Made by a program: the position numbers and the translations under genes. The notes below the pieces were generated by a model that was not told the DNA's origin, searched no databases, and saw only the letters and a list, made by a program, of their open reading frames with translations. This document shows positions 51,601 to 60,790 of a stretch of 64,000 nt of DNA, one piece after another. Location of the stretch: assembly GCA_965217775.1 (NCBI GenBank), contig CBDCJH010000002.1, positions 512,001-576,000 on the forward strand. The letters are read 5' to 3'. How positions within the stretch are numbered: position 1 is the first letter of the stretch; each line of letters opens with the position of its first letter. This stretch comes from Acidobacteriota bacterium. GTDB taxonomy: Bacteria > Acidobacteriota > UBA6911 > RPQK01 > JAJDTT01.

Positions 51601-54600
51601 GACAAGCGTGAAGAGGCGTACGTCAGAGTGGAACAGACAGCCCGGCAGCTTGGTTACTTTCTGGCGCAAGCATCGAGGAGTCAAGATCAGGCTGAACGCC
51701 ATGCGCTGTTTCGATCGCTCCTGCTCTTCCACAACCGCCCGGTGCACTTCAGCACACTGGGTCCACACCATGATTTCATCCTACGGACGTCACGGAACGG
51801 GATATACGAGCAGGTTTCAATACTTGCGAAAGCAATGGGCCCAGACGGGCTCAGCGTCTTGCGGGATGTTGTAATGGATCTGACCGCCGGCCCGGCCGGA
51901 ACGCAATTCACCCCGCATCACCGCAGGCAATTTGCACAACTGTTCTACGAGGAAAGAGTGATGTCCCGGGACGAGGCTGTCACGCTTGGTCTTTCTTCAA
52001 CAATTGATGCTGCTGACGAGGATCCTGCTGAGAGGCAAGAGGCGTGTCTGGAGATCGCCGCTTTTCTACACGACATCGGCGATCGAGCAGAGTCGGAGAA
52101 CTGGAAAAGGAGAGCGAGCGAAGTCTCTGCTGGGGCGGGTAGCCACAAGGACTACCACATGGCACAAGTCGCTGAATGGCTAGATCGATCGATCACTCAA
52201 ACGGGCCCAACGCGATTGGAGATTCTCGATCGATTCGCACGTGCCGTTGAGGTCTCGGGCGGCGACGGTGGGTCGGATGGAGCTGCCGCCGAACTTCGGT
52301 TGCTCGTCCGCCTGATGCCAGCGAGGGCGTGGCAGTTGGCTTTGGAGTTCGTGGACCGACGCGTACTAAACGTGTCGAATGTGCTCGAGGCGCTGCTCTC
52401 CGGCGGCGTTGACGCTCGGGCGCATCCGGAACTCCTAAGCGCGGTATATGGCGAGCTTCACTCGTTGATCGCGCCTGACGATACCTCCGAAACGGCTGCG
52501 GCTATCTTGAAGGCATTTCCGCGTGAGCAAAAGAGGGACGCTGCCGAGCGGTTAATGTCCTATGTGCGAACCAACGCTTTACCGTCTCATCGCGCACCGG
52601 TCGCGCGGGTTCTTGAGGACGTGATTCGGGATCAAGGCATTGAACCGATCACCCTTACGCAAGGCTTGAAACCAGGACGCGAAGATTCATCACGAAAGAG
52701 CACTCTCTATCGGCTAGTCACCGGTGAGGTGGAGACGCTTACTCAGATTGCCGAGCGTCTAAGCGATCCGAATCGCCCTGAGACATGGAATCCCAATCCT
52801 GAGGACAACACTGAATTTGATTGGTGGGAAGCCATTAAGAAAGCGAACGTCAAGGACGAACGACATTTCGACAGACTCGTTGAGAGTTTTCCCCCGCCGG
52901 ATTACCGGGAAGTGGAACTGCTGGTGCGGAAGGCAGACGTTCTTCTGCACTCCGGAAACCGCAATTCTGCAAGGGAATTGATCGAGCGGGCCATCGTACG
53001 CTCGAGGGACGGATCATGGCATCGCTGGCATGATGGTGCACAGAAGTTGATCGTTTTTCGCGCGCTTATGGAGATCGATCATGCTGAAGGCGTCGACCGT
53101 GCCCGGGAACAGTTTTCGAAGGATCTCATCGCCGGAAAGCTTTGGAATTGGCTTATACTTTCCGATATCGGCGACATACTGGAACTTTTGGAGGTCGATT
53201 GGCCTGCCGATGCCGTTCTGGAGGCTGTCAATGACTACCTGGAACAGGTACTTGCGGCGAGCCCACAGGCACGGCCGTACGAATCACTGACCGGATCGGC
53301 ATCCTCATGGTCAGTCGATCAGGCGCTTTGTCGATTCGTGGCCGAGCTTCTTGCGTTCCCAGTCGTCGATGTTGGGGAAGCTGCGCGGCGCGCGTTAGCT
53401 CAGTACGTATCGAAAAACGGAAAGGGAATGCTCGCGTTATTGACTGCTCGACCCTGGTGGAACCCACTTCAGCTTGAACACCTCTTGGCCGCGGTTCACG
53501 TAGGTGCAGCCAGTGGGTCACCACACATCGCAGACATAAAAGAATTCGTCGAAAGCTTGAACCACTCAGAGTCGCTCGCTGTTCTCAGCATTGCCAAACG
53601 GATTTGTGACCAGCAGGGTTGGGTTTGGGAAGACGTCACAACGGCTTCAGCGCAACCGGTTATTCTACTGGCGAACGATCCGAGCACACTCCACCTAGGC
53701 GGAATGGTGCTTGGCGACGATACAAAGACCGCGTGGAACCTTCATCAACTGCTCATCCAACCACTAATCCGTGCTGGACAAGATGAAGATGAACTGCTCT
53801 CGGAGTTCAAGAGTGTGTACTGGGCCCTCGAGGGAGAGTACCCGTGGGCCAACGACGGGCGGCTGAAGCATTGGATGATGGCTCTATTGGTTGGATTGTG
53901 GCCGAGTTGTCGAGCGATCATCGGTCGAGAAGCCGCCATGTGCGTCTATGGCAGACGATCGCTATCCGGGCAGATTCCACTTGGCGCGGAGGTCGCATAT
54001 GATAGTTTCTATCCAATCTACGACCCTCAGCTTGAGGTTCATCAACCGACCGAACGCCCACCGGAATTTCGGGCGATGGAGTGGCGCTCCACGACGAACG
54101 ATCGAGAAACTTGGCGCCAAGGAGCAGGCGCCAGCGAGTGGAGTCACTACCCAGACTCAGTTCACGGCCGGTCGCTCATCGGCGAGCGAACTTGGTTTGT
54201 GCGGCCGGAATGGGAGTGGCCGCGTGAAGAGCGATATCGAGGCGTGATCGCGAAGTCGCTTGACGGGGCGGACGAACGGGCTTTGAAGTCAGCGTTCGAT
54301 CTCACGTACGAACTGTACCTGGACGGTCAGGGTCAGGACGATAAGCAGTTCATCGTTTTGAACGATGAAAGGCAACTAGTCGGACCGGCATACCGGTGGG
54401 CAGCGATCAATTCAAACATTGCCAGAACCCTTGGCTGGCACCCATCAATCGATGTCCCGTTTCAATGGCTCGATACCGCCGGCAACGTAATGGTCGAGTC
54501 GACCTACTGGAAGGACGGATGGATATGGATCGAGCCCCCGCGATTCCAGTCCCTTGGCGAGGGCTGGTTCGTCTCGGCCTCCCCCGCCGCCATCGATGCG

Positions 54601-54708
54601 ATCCGGCGGTTCGCACCTGGATTCGAAATTCACTTGTGGGTTGAGCGACGATCTCACGGTGACAAGCCATACGAGGACAAATGGCACCTATCCCGGCCAA
54701 TCGCATAG
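48685..54708 (+). CDS. Avs/AVAST-like STAND NTPase with an N-terminal Cap4-like PD-(D/E)xK nuclease
   Basis: GFGYQD...GRVDD...SIKWS nuclease-like N-terminus, Walker A GPAGVGKST, Walker B LLLDGLDH, GNPL, long helical C-terminal region; lower GC than the flanks. Confidence 0.8.
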   Translation: MSKPSWHSPVPEAPAMGERRARWGFGYQDKVATERILKFLRTDLRDGTKAFEGVRLADLEAGRVDDFVLVWKESVEGNSIKWSARATGFTWGELVGASGLLRDLADGWNRLRSHWTGRTVTVRIHTNRPTSPAKHHAQIIPSFSLAEFAETHWASGPDAANTIEASEAWRKIAEHVSLSGSELSDFVAHCELAFGQAEPPSAGSDSLDSRHYRKQFDSLHKAIATWLTNNPDRDFIERDYLLAAIGLRSSRSGLIQRFPEPDIPYEKNHATADRLKALIDAIPGGYLAVVGPAGVGKSTLVQDVLTDSAYPFFVPYYAFLPSTDGNRDRAEALTFFQNVVARLDQFNSERLSLDVVDLVQGRDALRCHMSSANQRYVLHGHKTILLLDGLDHVMREVNLQQPVLDELPRPSEIPEGFQIILSGQPQAFLPDVIPAAVAAKVARDRRRIEVSGLSRFEVHALVSRFGKETTGEERDVLHHASRGNPLILTYLLSLFERTDDKSVTRAIKLAGNYAGDIDDYYQERLSVPLQDGQTRRLLGLLCRAAPTLPIAWLNEWPEKEAIEDVYHRVLAPFVRVDDGLVTFIHDSLIVFLKSETRSRLPGSDPGADERKFHSILADRSIGRSCLDSVGRARVVHLVRAERHADVLAQLSSNWLRSAMSGFLPYAQFHPILLVGHAAASAMGDWGHTLRLFLLNHELGQRTSRVDAAKLAVALLNLEDPLLALPQIRSEGRLLVDNRVALRFAGTLWRYAQAQNRSDLKAAARTLYLQAKPISLIYAGEPIETFSHNEQFQDIRAWSNVTALFERPSVVIQEIQRLVFTSGHDGYQQPNPVSVTASLLFNGLKAAVDAGFDSRECQHFVDAIQALGSETWRFVALFKLAESRPLDVPMDSLRAAYEVSETNNDIDLAYAWFLNSHGEYAEATEIIRRLRHIRFEPHRERHSWGFSDLTYTIRLRWLQELLGVPEGAVPDAADKREEAYVRVEQTARQLGYFLAQASRSQDQAERHALFRSLLLFHNRPVHFSTLGPHHDFILRTSRNGIYEQVSILAKAMGPDGLSVLRDVVMDLTAGPAGTQFTPHHRRQFAQLFYEERVMSRDEAVTLGLSSTIDAADEDPAERQEACLEIAAFLHDIGDRAESENWKRRASEVSAGAGSHKDYHMAQVAEWLDRSITQTGPTRLEILDRFARAVEVSGGDGGSDGAAAELRLLVRLMPARAWQLALEFVDRRVLNVSNVLEALLSGGVDARAHPELLSAVYGELHSLIAPDDTSETAAAILKAFPREQKRDAAERLMSYVRTNALPSHRAPVARVLEDVIRDQGIEPITLTQGLKPGREDSSRKSTLYRLVTGEVETLTQIAERLSDPNRPETWNPNPEDNTEFDWWEAIKKANVKDERHFDRLVESFPPPDYREVELLVRKADVLLHSGNRNSARELIERAIVRSRDGSWHRWHDGAQKLIVFRALMEIDHAEGVDRAREQFSKDLIAGKLWNWLILSDIGDILELLEVDWPADAVLEAVNDYLEQVLAASPQARPYESLTGSASSWSVDQALCRFVAELLAFPVVDVGEAARRALAQYVSKNGKGMLALLTARPWWNPLQLEHLLAAVHVGAASGSPHIADIKEFVESLNHSESLAVLSIAKRICDQQGWVWEDVTTASAQPVILLANDPSTLHLGGMVLGDDTKTAWNLHQLLIQPLIRAGQDEDELLSEFKSVYWALEGEYPWANDGRLKHWMMALLVGLWPSCRAIIGREAAMCVYGRRSLSGQIPLGAEVAYDSFYPIYDPQLEVHQPTERPPEFRAMEWRSTTNDRETWRQGAGASEWSHYPDSVHGRSLIGERTWFVRPEWEWPREERYRGVIAKSLDGADERALKSAFDLTYELYLDGQGQDDKQFIVLNDERQLVGPAYRWAAINSNIARTLGWHPSIDVPFQWLDTAGNVMVESTYWKDGWIWIEPPRFQSLGEGWFVSASPAAIDAIRRFAPGFEIHLWVERRSHGDKPYEDKWHLSRPIA

Positions 54709-54735
54709 GTTTGTTCCAAGCAGGGAGACGAGAAA

Positions 54736-54978
54736 ATGGCAAGCATCACGATCCGCAATCTCGACGATGAAGTGAAGATCCGACTTCGCGTTCGCGCAGC
54801 CTCCAACGGTCGTTCGATGGAAGAGGAGGCGCGGGTCATCCTGCGCGAGGCGGTCAGCCGGGAAGCTGACCCGGAGAATCTGGCCAGTTTCATCCGCGGA
54901 TGCTTCGCGCCCTTCGGCGGCGTGGATGTCGAACTGCCGCCGCGTGAGCCGATACGCGAGCCTCCCGATTTCAGTTGA
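54736..54978 (+). CDS. FitA-like ribbon-helix-helix antitoxin
   Basis: MASITIRNLDD..K.RLRVRAA.NGRSMEEEAR.IL...ELPPREP.REPPDF. Confidence 0.92.
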   Translation: MASITIRNLDDEVKIRLRVRAASNGRSMEEEARVILREAVSREADPENLASFIRGCFAPFGGVDVELPPREPIREPPDFS

Positions 54979-54985
54979 GACACGG

Positions 54986-55141
54986 TTTTTCATTCTCGAA
55001 ACCGATGTGGGGTCCGGGTTGATGCCCCCAGCACCCGATCCGGCAATTGGCAGGGCGAGCGGCATGGCGGTCGTAACTCGTAATGTTCGGGACTTCGAGG
55101 ATGTCGGGATCGAAGTATTCGACCCGTGGGCCGGTACATGA
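54986..55141 (+). pseudogene. Internally deleted VapC/FitB PIN toxin
   Basis: FILETDVGSGLMPPAPDPA joined to IGRASGMAVVTRNVRDFEDVGIEVFDPW: PIN start and end only (about 50 aa), with no start codon at the expected site. Confidence 0.8.
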
Positions 55142-55172
55142 GCGGAACGACCGAAACCTTTACTCGGTCGAG

Positions 55173-56234
55173 TCAGACCCGCAGATTCTCCAGAATCCGG
55201 TCGGTAAACGACTGCGTCGTATGGTCGCCGCCCAGATCGGGGGTGCCGTGGCCTTGGGCAAAGGTCACTTCCACGGCTTGTTCGACGGCGGCGGCGGCTC
55301 GTTCCTCCCCCAGCCAACGGAGCATGTTGGCCCCGCTCAGGATGGCCGCCGTGGGGTTGGCGATGCCTTGACCGGCGATGTCGGGCGCCGAGCCGTGAAC
55401 CGGCTCGAACATGGAAGGGAAGCACCGTTCCGGGTTGATATTGGAGGATGGCGCTTGGCCCAGTCCTCCTGCCAGGATTCCTGAGAGGTCGGTCAGAATG
55501 TCGCCGAACAGGTTGGATGCCACCACCACGTCGAACCGCTCCGGCCACCGGACCAGGTTCATGACGGCCGCGTCGATGTGGTATTTGGCCACTTCTATGT
55601 CCGGATACTCGGACTTGAGTTCTTCCAAAACCTCGTCCCAGAGCACGAAGCCGTAGCGCTGGGCGTTGGACTTGGTGATCATGGTCAGGTGGCCTCGCCG
55701 GGTGCCGGCCATCCGGAAACCGAAACGGAGAATCCGCTCGACCCCTTTGCGCGTGTGCAGGGCGGTCTGGACCGCGAACTCGTCAGGGGTGCCGACGCGG
55801 AACCGGCCTCCGTTGTTGACGTACTCACCCTCCGAGTTCTCCCGAATCACCACCAGGTCGATGTCCTGGGGCCCTTTTCCGGCCAGAGGCGTCCGAACCC
55901 CGGGAAAGAGCCGGGCGGGTCTGACGCACGCATACTGGTCGAAGCTCTGACGGATGCGGATCAGCGGCGCCAGGGTCACGTGGTCGGGAATCCGGGCCGG
56001 GTCCCCGATGGCTCCCAGGAATATGGCGTCGCTGGGGGCCAAATGTTCCAGGTAGTCGTCCGGCACCACGGTGCCGTGCCGGTGGTAGTAGTCCGAACCC
56101 CAGGGAACCCGCGTTACCTCCAGGCGAAAGTCGCCGCAACCGTCTTGCGCCGCGTGCAGTACGCGCAGCGTCTCTGCCGTGACCTCCTGGCCGATTCCAT
56201 CGCCGGGGTAGGCGGTGATCCGATAACTTCGCAT
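55173..56234 (-). CDS. Tartrate dehydrogenase / isopropylmalate dehydrogenase family enzyme
   Basis: PGDGIGQEV, RENSEGEY, TKSNA, NLFGDILTDL, FEPVHGSAPDIAG. Confidence 0.92.
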   Translation of the reverse strand: MRSYRITAYPGDGIGQEVTAETLRVLHAAQDGCGDFRLEVTRVPWGSDYYHRHGTVVPDDYLEHLAPSDAIFLGAIGDPARIPDHVTLAPLIRIRQSFDQYACVRPARLFPGVRTPLAGKGPQDIDLVVIRENSEGEYVNNGGRFRVGTPDEFAVQTALHTRKGVERILRFGFRMAGTRRGHLTMITKSNAQRYGFVLWDEVLEELKSEYPDIEVAKYHIDAAVMNLVRWPERFDVVVASNLFGDILTDLSGILAGGLGQAPSSNINPERCFPSMFEPVHGSAPDIAGQGIANPTAAILSGANMLRWLGEERAAAAVEQAVEVTFAQGHGTPDLGGDHTTQSFTDRILENLRV

Positions 56235-56270
56235 GGTGTTCTCCGTCGCTGTCGAGCGGGGTCAGGTTAG

Positions 56271-56295
56271 CAGTCCGCGGCGAAAGTCGCCATGG
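56271..56295. repeat. Isolated MITE terminal fragment
   Basis: ttag|cagtccgcggcgaaagtcgccatgg resembles cagcccatggcaaaagtcgtcacgg at 149-173. Confidence 0.55.
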
Positions 56296-56300
56296 ACGGT

Positions 56301-57176
56301 TCACGATCGGCGCAGACGCTGCTGGAGCAGGATTCCGCACACGATCAGGACCAGGCCGGCCAAGGTAGAGGGCAGGATCGCCTCTCCCACAAGCACCCGG
56401 ATCAAGACCAGGGAGAGGAAGGGGGAGAGGAAGACCAGGTTGCTGACCCGGGCGGTGGTCCTGGCCAGTTCCAGGGCCTTGAGCCAGAGCAGAAAGGTCA
56501 ACCCCATTTCGAACAGTCCGGAATAGACGCCTCCCAATAGTCCCGGCCATGCGGGAATTCGGATTCCCTCTCCCAGAAGAACCGTAGCCAGGATAAAGAG
56601 GGAGCCGAAGCCGAAGCTCAGAAACAACTTCAGGACCGGATCGCGCCGGTCCCTCAGATTGAAGATCCAGAACAGGGCCCAGATCAGAGAGGAGCCCAAC
56701 GCCAGTGACGCGCCCAAGGGGTGGGAGACTCCCAGGTTACTCAAATCTCCTCGCGTGGCGATCAGAACCACACCGAAGAAGCTGACCAGGATGGCGGCCA
56801 CGCTTCCGAGCCCGATTCGTTGCCCCAGCAGAGGCACCGAGAGGAGGACCAGGACCACTGGCCATGTGTAGTTCAGCGCGAGGGCTTCCTGGGCTGGGAT
56901 CAGGGAGTAGGCCTTGAACAGAACCAGGTAGTAGAGGTACGGATTCAGGGCCCCGAGGCCAGCCGAATGGAGGAGTTCACGGCCGGTGAGTCGACGCAGG
57001 AGGGAAGCCTTTCCCTGGGCGGCCAGGACCAGGGCCAGGGCCAGAAAGGCCGTCCAGGAGGAGATCAAGAGCAGGTGGACAAAATCCACGTGCCTCAGGG
57101 TGAGCTTGAAGATCGAGGCGACAGTGGACCAAAGCAGTACGGCGGACAGGGCGTAGAGCCAGGCTCGGCCGGGCAT
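56301..57176 (-). CDS. DMT/EamA-family transporter
   Basis: About ten TM helices; AVLLWST, LNYTWP, SPFLS; start at ATG 57176. Confidence 0.9.
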   Translation of the reverse strand: MPGRAWLYALSAVLLWSTVASIFKLTLRHVDFVHLLLISSWTAFLALALVLAAQGKASLLRRLTGRELLHSAGLGALNPYLYYLVLFKAYSLIPAQEALALNYTWPVVLVLLSVPLLGQRIGLGSVAAILVSFFGVVLIATRGDLSNLGVSHPLGASLALGSSLIWALFWIFNLRDRRDPVLKLFLSFGFGSLFILATVLLGEGIRIPAWPGLLGGVYSGLFEMGLTFLLWLKALELARTTARVSNLVFLSPFLSLVLIRVLVGEAILPSTLAGLVLIVCGILLQQRLRRS

Positions 57177-57261
57177 GGCCTGGATTGTCCCAGGATGCCC
57201 GGAAGGATGCCACCGGCGGCGTCCGGTGTCCGGCGGCCTGCGGAATTTCACTTGCGGCCTG

Positions 57262-60200
57262 TCAGCCGCCCTTCACGATTCTGTCGACTCGGCCGGAACT
57301 CATGAAGACGATCAGTCCGGTCAGGGCGGTCGTCGCTCCCAGATAGTCGCCAACCTGTTGGTGATACTTGGCGACCTGCTTCCTGGTGGGCTTGACGTCG
57401 CTCTTCCAATCCACCACGACTTCGATTCGCCCTTTCCCGTCGATGGCGACGGCGTCGGCAATGCCGGCCGTGAGGGCCACCGACGAGCCCTCGACGGCAC
57501 TGTCGAATACCGGGTATTCGGGCACCAGACGCGGCCGGAGAGCGGCGACCTCCCGGAGGTGCAAGGTTCGCACCACCGAAGCCGCCAACTCGGCGCTGGA
57601 GGGTCCCAAAGACGCGTCTTCCGCGTCTTCGAGGCCCAACTGACAAATCAATTGGACGGCCCTGGCCAGAAGCGCGAATTCATCGTCCTCGGTTTCTCCA
57701 GTGAGGACTTCCTCCATCAACTTGTGCAGGATCAAGCCACGGACGGGGCCTCCTTGGACCGCCACTTCTTGGACCTTCTCAGGAACGGCGTCCAGTATGG
57801 CGTCGGTTCCGGCGAAAACGGTCTCCTCCTCTTGATCCGGCTCCTCCGGACCCTCGTGAAGGGAGGGTTGATTCCAAGAGATCCGCCGGGTGTGGGCACG
57901 GATGACTGCCGCCTCCCGTCTCCAGGTAGTGATGTCCTGGCGGTTGGCGCTTGCGGCGGCGCCAGGTTCAGAGACTCCTCCGAATCCTCCCAGGAAGAAA
58001 TGAGAGGGAAGGGAATCGATATCGATATCGATCAGGCTGAACCAGTCGCCTTCAATCCTCTTCTCCTGCCTTGGGAGGAGCAGCAGGTCGCGGGCCCGGG
58101 TCAGAGCCACGTACCAGAGGCGGATCCGTTCGGCCCGCAGTTCCCGTTCCTCCTCTTTGCGCACCTCCTCGTATCCCGGGCTTGAAAGGTATACGGTCTT
58201 GATGTGGATCGTATCGTCGTGACGGCCATAGAGGATTCCCGATACCGAACGCGGCCGGGTGGTGGAATTGATGGGAATCATGATGGGCCATTCCAGCCCC
58301 TTGGCCGAATGCATGGTGATGATGGAGACGGAGTCGGCCGCGGCGTCGGGCCGGCCTTCGGCCTGCATGTCCTGGTCGTTCCACCGTTGCCAAACGGCGC
58401 GGGCGAAGTCGCCGATCCCTCGGCCGTCATAGGCGCGCGCCATTTCCAGGACCAGCTCCACGTTGGCGAGAGCCCGCTCGGCGCCCCGGTGATGCCGCGC
58501 CTTGAGAATCGAATTCACGCGCAGCTCCTCCACCGCCTCCACCAGCAGTTGGTAGGGCGTCAAACGTCCGGACTTGCGCGCCAGGTTCTGCAACACCTCG
58601 AGGGTTCTGCGAAGCGGGGCGTTTTCGATGGAATTCAGGTCGGTCCAGAGGCGGAGCCGGCCGGCTCGGTGCCGGCCATCACCCTTGGTGGAGCCGTCGG
58701 TCTCGGCTTGGACGTGGAGCGCTTCGATCTCGTCGGCGATCTCTTCTTCCGTGAGACCCACCAACGGCCCCCGGATCAGAGCTCCCAGGGCCAGTGTGTC
58801 GCGGGAATCGGCAACGATCCGAGCGATGGCGATCAGATCCTGCACTTCCTGCCGGCGAAAGAAGCCCTTTCCGGCCTGGGTGGCGATGGGAATCTCCAGT
58901 TCCTCCATGGCCTGTTCATAGATCCATAGGCTGGTCCCGGTGGGGGCGAGCAGAGCGATGTCTCCCGCCCGCGCCGGCCTCATCCTCTTCTCCTGCGGGT
59001 CCCAAACCGGGTGGGTTCCGATCAGGCCACCGACCAGAGAAGCCAGGACTTTGGCCTCCCTCATGCGAATTCGATGGACCAGGGGTTTCCCCCTGGCAGA
59101 AATGTCCTCATCCTCCAGTTCGATGTCAAAGGCGGCGACACAGGGTCCATCGCCGCCTGAGCGGGTCGCATCCAGTGGAGTGAAGCCGGGTTGGCCCCGG
59201 TTTTCGTCAAGCATGGGCGCGAAGTGCGTATTGACGTACTCCAGGATCGGTTCACGGGTCCGAAAGTTGGCGGTGATGTCCAGAATCGAGGACGGATCCA
59301 AATGCTCCAAAGCCTTCTTGGCCAACAGGTAGGTATTGACGTCCGCGCCGCGAAACCGATAGATCGCCTGTTTCGGATCACCCACGGCGAACAGTGCGCC
59401 GTGACGAACGACTCTCTCGTGCCACGGTGATGCGGGATCGCCTTCGCCGACGAGTCGCCAGATGATCTCCGACTGCAGGGGGTCCGTGTCCTGGAACTCG
59501 TCGACCAGGATGCGGGGATAGCGGCGCGAAAGAGCTTCGCGGACCGGCTCGTGGTCTTTCAGGAGGTCCCGAGCCTGGTAGAGTAGGTCGTCGAAGTCCA
59601 GAAGAGCGGCATCGCGCTTGTAGTTGCGGTACAGTTTCCGAAACGGGTCGAACTCCTCCACGAATTGGACAAACGCCAGAGCGCCGAGATAGGACCGAAA
59701 TTCGGAATAGGCGTCGGCGCAGGCGTCATAACGGACCTTGCCGGCCGCGTTGAGCTGCTCCCCCAGGGCGGCGCTACCTCCGGCGCCCGCGGCCGCGTTT
59801 CTCCACACGGTCTTGCGGCGCCACAGTTTGAACTCGGTTGACCCCCGCTTGCAGGCCGAAGGTGGTTGATGGAACAGGAGGTCCTTCGGGGTTCGCTGGA
59901 CAGGGGGTTGGGTGGCCGCCTCTCTCACGATGTCGGCGACCCGCAGAATATCCTCGACCGTTTCGGCGGTTCCGGGCTCCGCCACGCCGCAATTCCGGTA
60001 CCAGGCGGCAAACTCGTCGGCGGCTTCCACGAATCGTTCGGCGGCCCCTGGTTCAATCTCGGACATGGCCGCTCCCGCGGACCGGTGCTCCTTCAGGAAC
60101 CCGGCCGTTTTTCTCACCAGGTCCAACGTTTTGCGCGGCGCCTCCAGTACAAGAGTGGCCAGGAAATCCCGGCGACTGCCGGTGTCCCGGATGGGAGGGA

Positions 60201-60735
60201 TCCGTCCCAACCCCTCGGCGCCTCGATCCCGTCCGAACCGCGCGGAAAGCCAAGCCTCCAGCAGATCCTGATAGGCGATTTCGGCCGCCGCCGGATCAAT
60301 AATGGACGCGCCTGGATCCAATCCGGTTTCCACCGGGTAGGGCCGGATCAGTTGTTGACAGAATCCGTGGATGGTCGTGCAGGTGATTTCATCCAGGTCC
60401 TTCGATTCGAGTTCCAGACACTCCTTCTGCGCCTCGGTGAGCCCCGATGGCAATGCCGCGGCGAGCTCGATGGGAATCGTGCCCGACAAGAGGTCTCGCA
60501 CCATCGTCTCGATCCGCTCCAGAAGCTCGGCCGCCGCCGCCTCCGTGAAGGTGATGGCGACGATCTCCCTGGGGTGAACACCTGCGGCGACCATCAGGGC
60601 GACGCGACCGGCCAAGAGAGCGGTCTTTCCGCTTCCGGCACCGGCCTCCACCAAGAGGGTGCGCTCATGGTCGGTCAGGGCCGCGACGCGGGCTGCGGAA
60701 TCGGGGAGCAGAGTCACCGGTTTGTCGTTGGACAT
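57262..60735 (-). CDS. AddA/RecB-like UvrD helicase-nuclease
   Basis: AGAGSGKT, ITFT, DEFQDT, VGDPKQAIYRFRGA, TMHSAKGLE, YVALTRARD; C-terminal G.AD...VVDWKS nuclease. Confidence 0.92.
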   Translation of the reverse strand: MSNDKPVTLLPDSAARVAALTDHERTLLVEAGAGSGKTALLAGRVALMVAAGVHPREIVAITFTEAAAAELLERIETMVRDLLSGTIPIELAAALPSGLTEAQKECLELESKDLDEITCTTIHGFCQQLIRPYPVETGLDPGASIIDPAAAEIAYQDLLEAWLSARFGRDRGAEGLGRIPPIRDTGSRRDFLATLVLEAPRKTLDLVRKTAGFLKEHRSAGAAMSEIEPGAAERFVEAADEFAAWYRNCGVAEPGTAETVEDILRVADIVREAATQPPVQRTPKDLLFHQPPSACKRGSTEFKLWRRKTVWRNAAAGAGGSAALGEQLNAAGKVRYDACADAYSEFRSYLGALAFVQFVEEFDPFRKLYRNYKRDAALLDFDDLLYQARDLLKDHEPVREALSRRYPRILVDEFQDTDPLQSEIIWRLVGEGDPASPWHERVVRHGALFAVGDPKQAIYRFRGADVNTYLLAKKALEHLDPSSILDITANFRTREPILEYVNTHFAPMLDENRGQPGFTPLDATRSGGDGPCVAAFDIELEDEDISARGKPLVHRIRMREAKVLASLVGGLIGTHPVWDPQEKRMRPARAGDIALLAPTGTSLWIYEQAMEELEIPIATQAGKGFFRRQEVQDLIAIARIVADSRDTLALGALIRGPLVGLTEEEIADEIEALHVQAETDGSTKGDGRHRAGRLRLWTDLNSIENAPLRRTLEVLQNLARKSGRLTPYQLLVEAVEELRVNSILKARHHRGAERALANVELVLEMARAYDGRGIGDFARAVWQRWNDQDMQAEGRPDAAADSVSIITMHSAKGLEWPIMIPINSTTRPRSVSGILYGRHDDTIHIKTVYLSSPGYEEVRKEEERELRAERIRLWYVALTRARDLLLLPRQEKRIEGDWFSLIDIDIDSLPSHFFLGGFGGVSEPGAAASANRQDITTWRREAAVIRAHTRRISWNQPSLHEGPEEPDQEEETVFAGTDAILDAVPEKVQEVAVQGGPVRGLILHKLMEEVLTGETEDDEFALLARAVQLICQLGLEDAEDASLGPSSAELAASVVRTLHLREVAALRPRLVPEYPVFDSAVEGSSVALTAGIADAVAIDGKGRIEVVVDWKSDVKPTRKQVAKYHQQVGDYLGATTALTGLIVFMSSGRVDRIVKGG

Positions 60736-60790
60736 TCCAATAAACCGTAAGTCAAATCTCGTCTTTACCGGCCATCGTCGTCGAGGCGAT

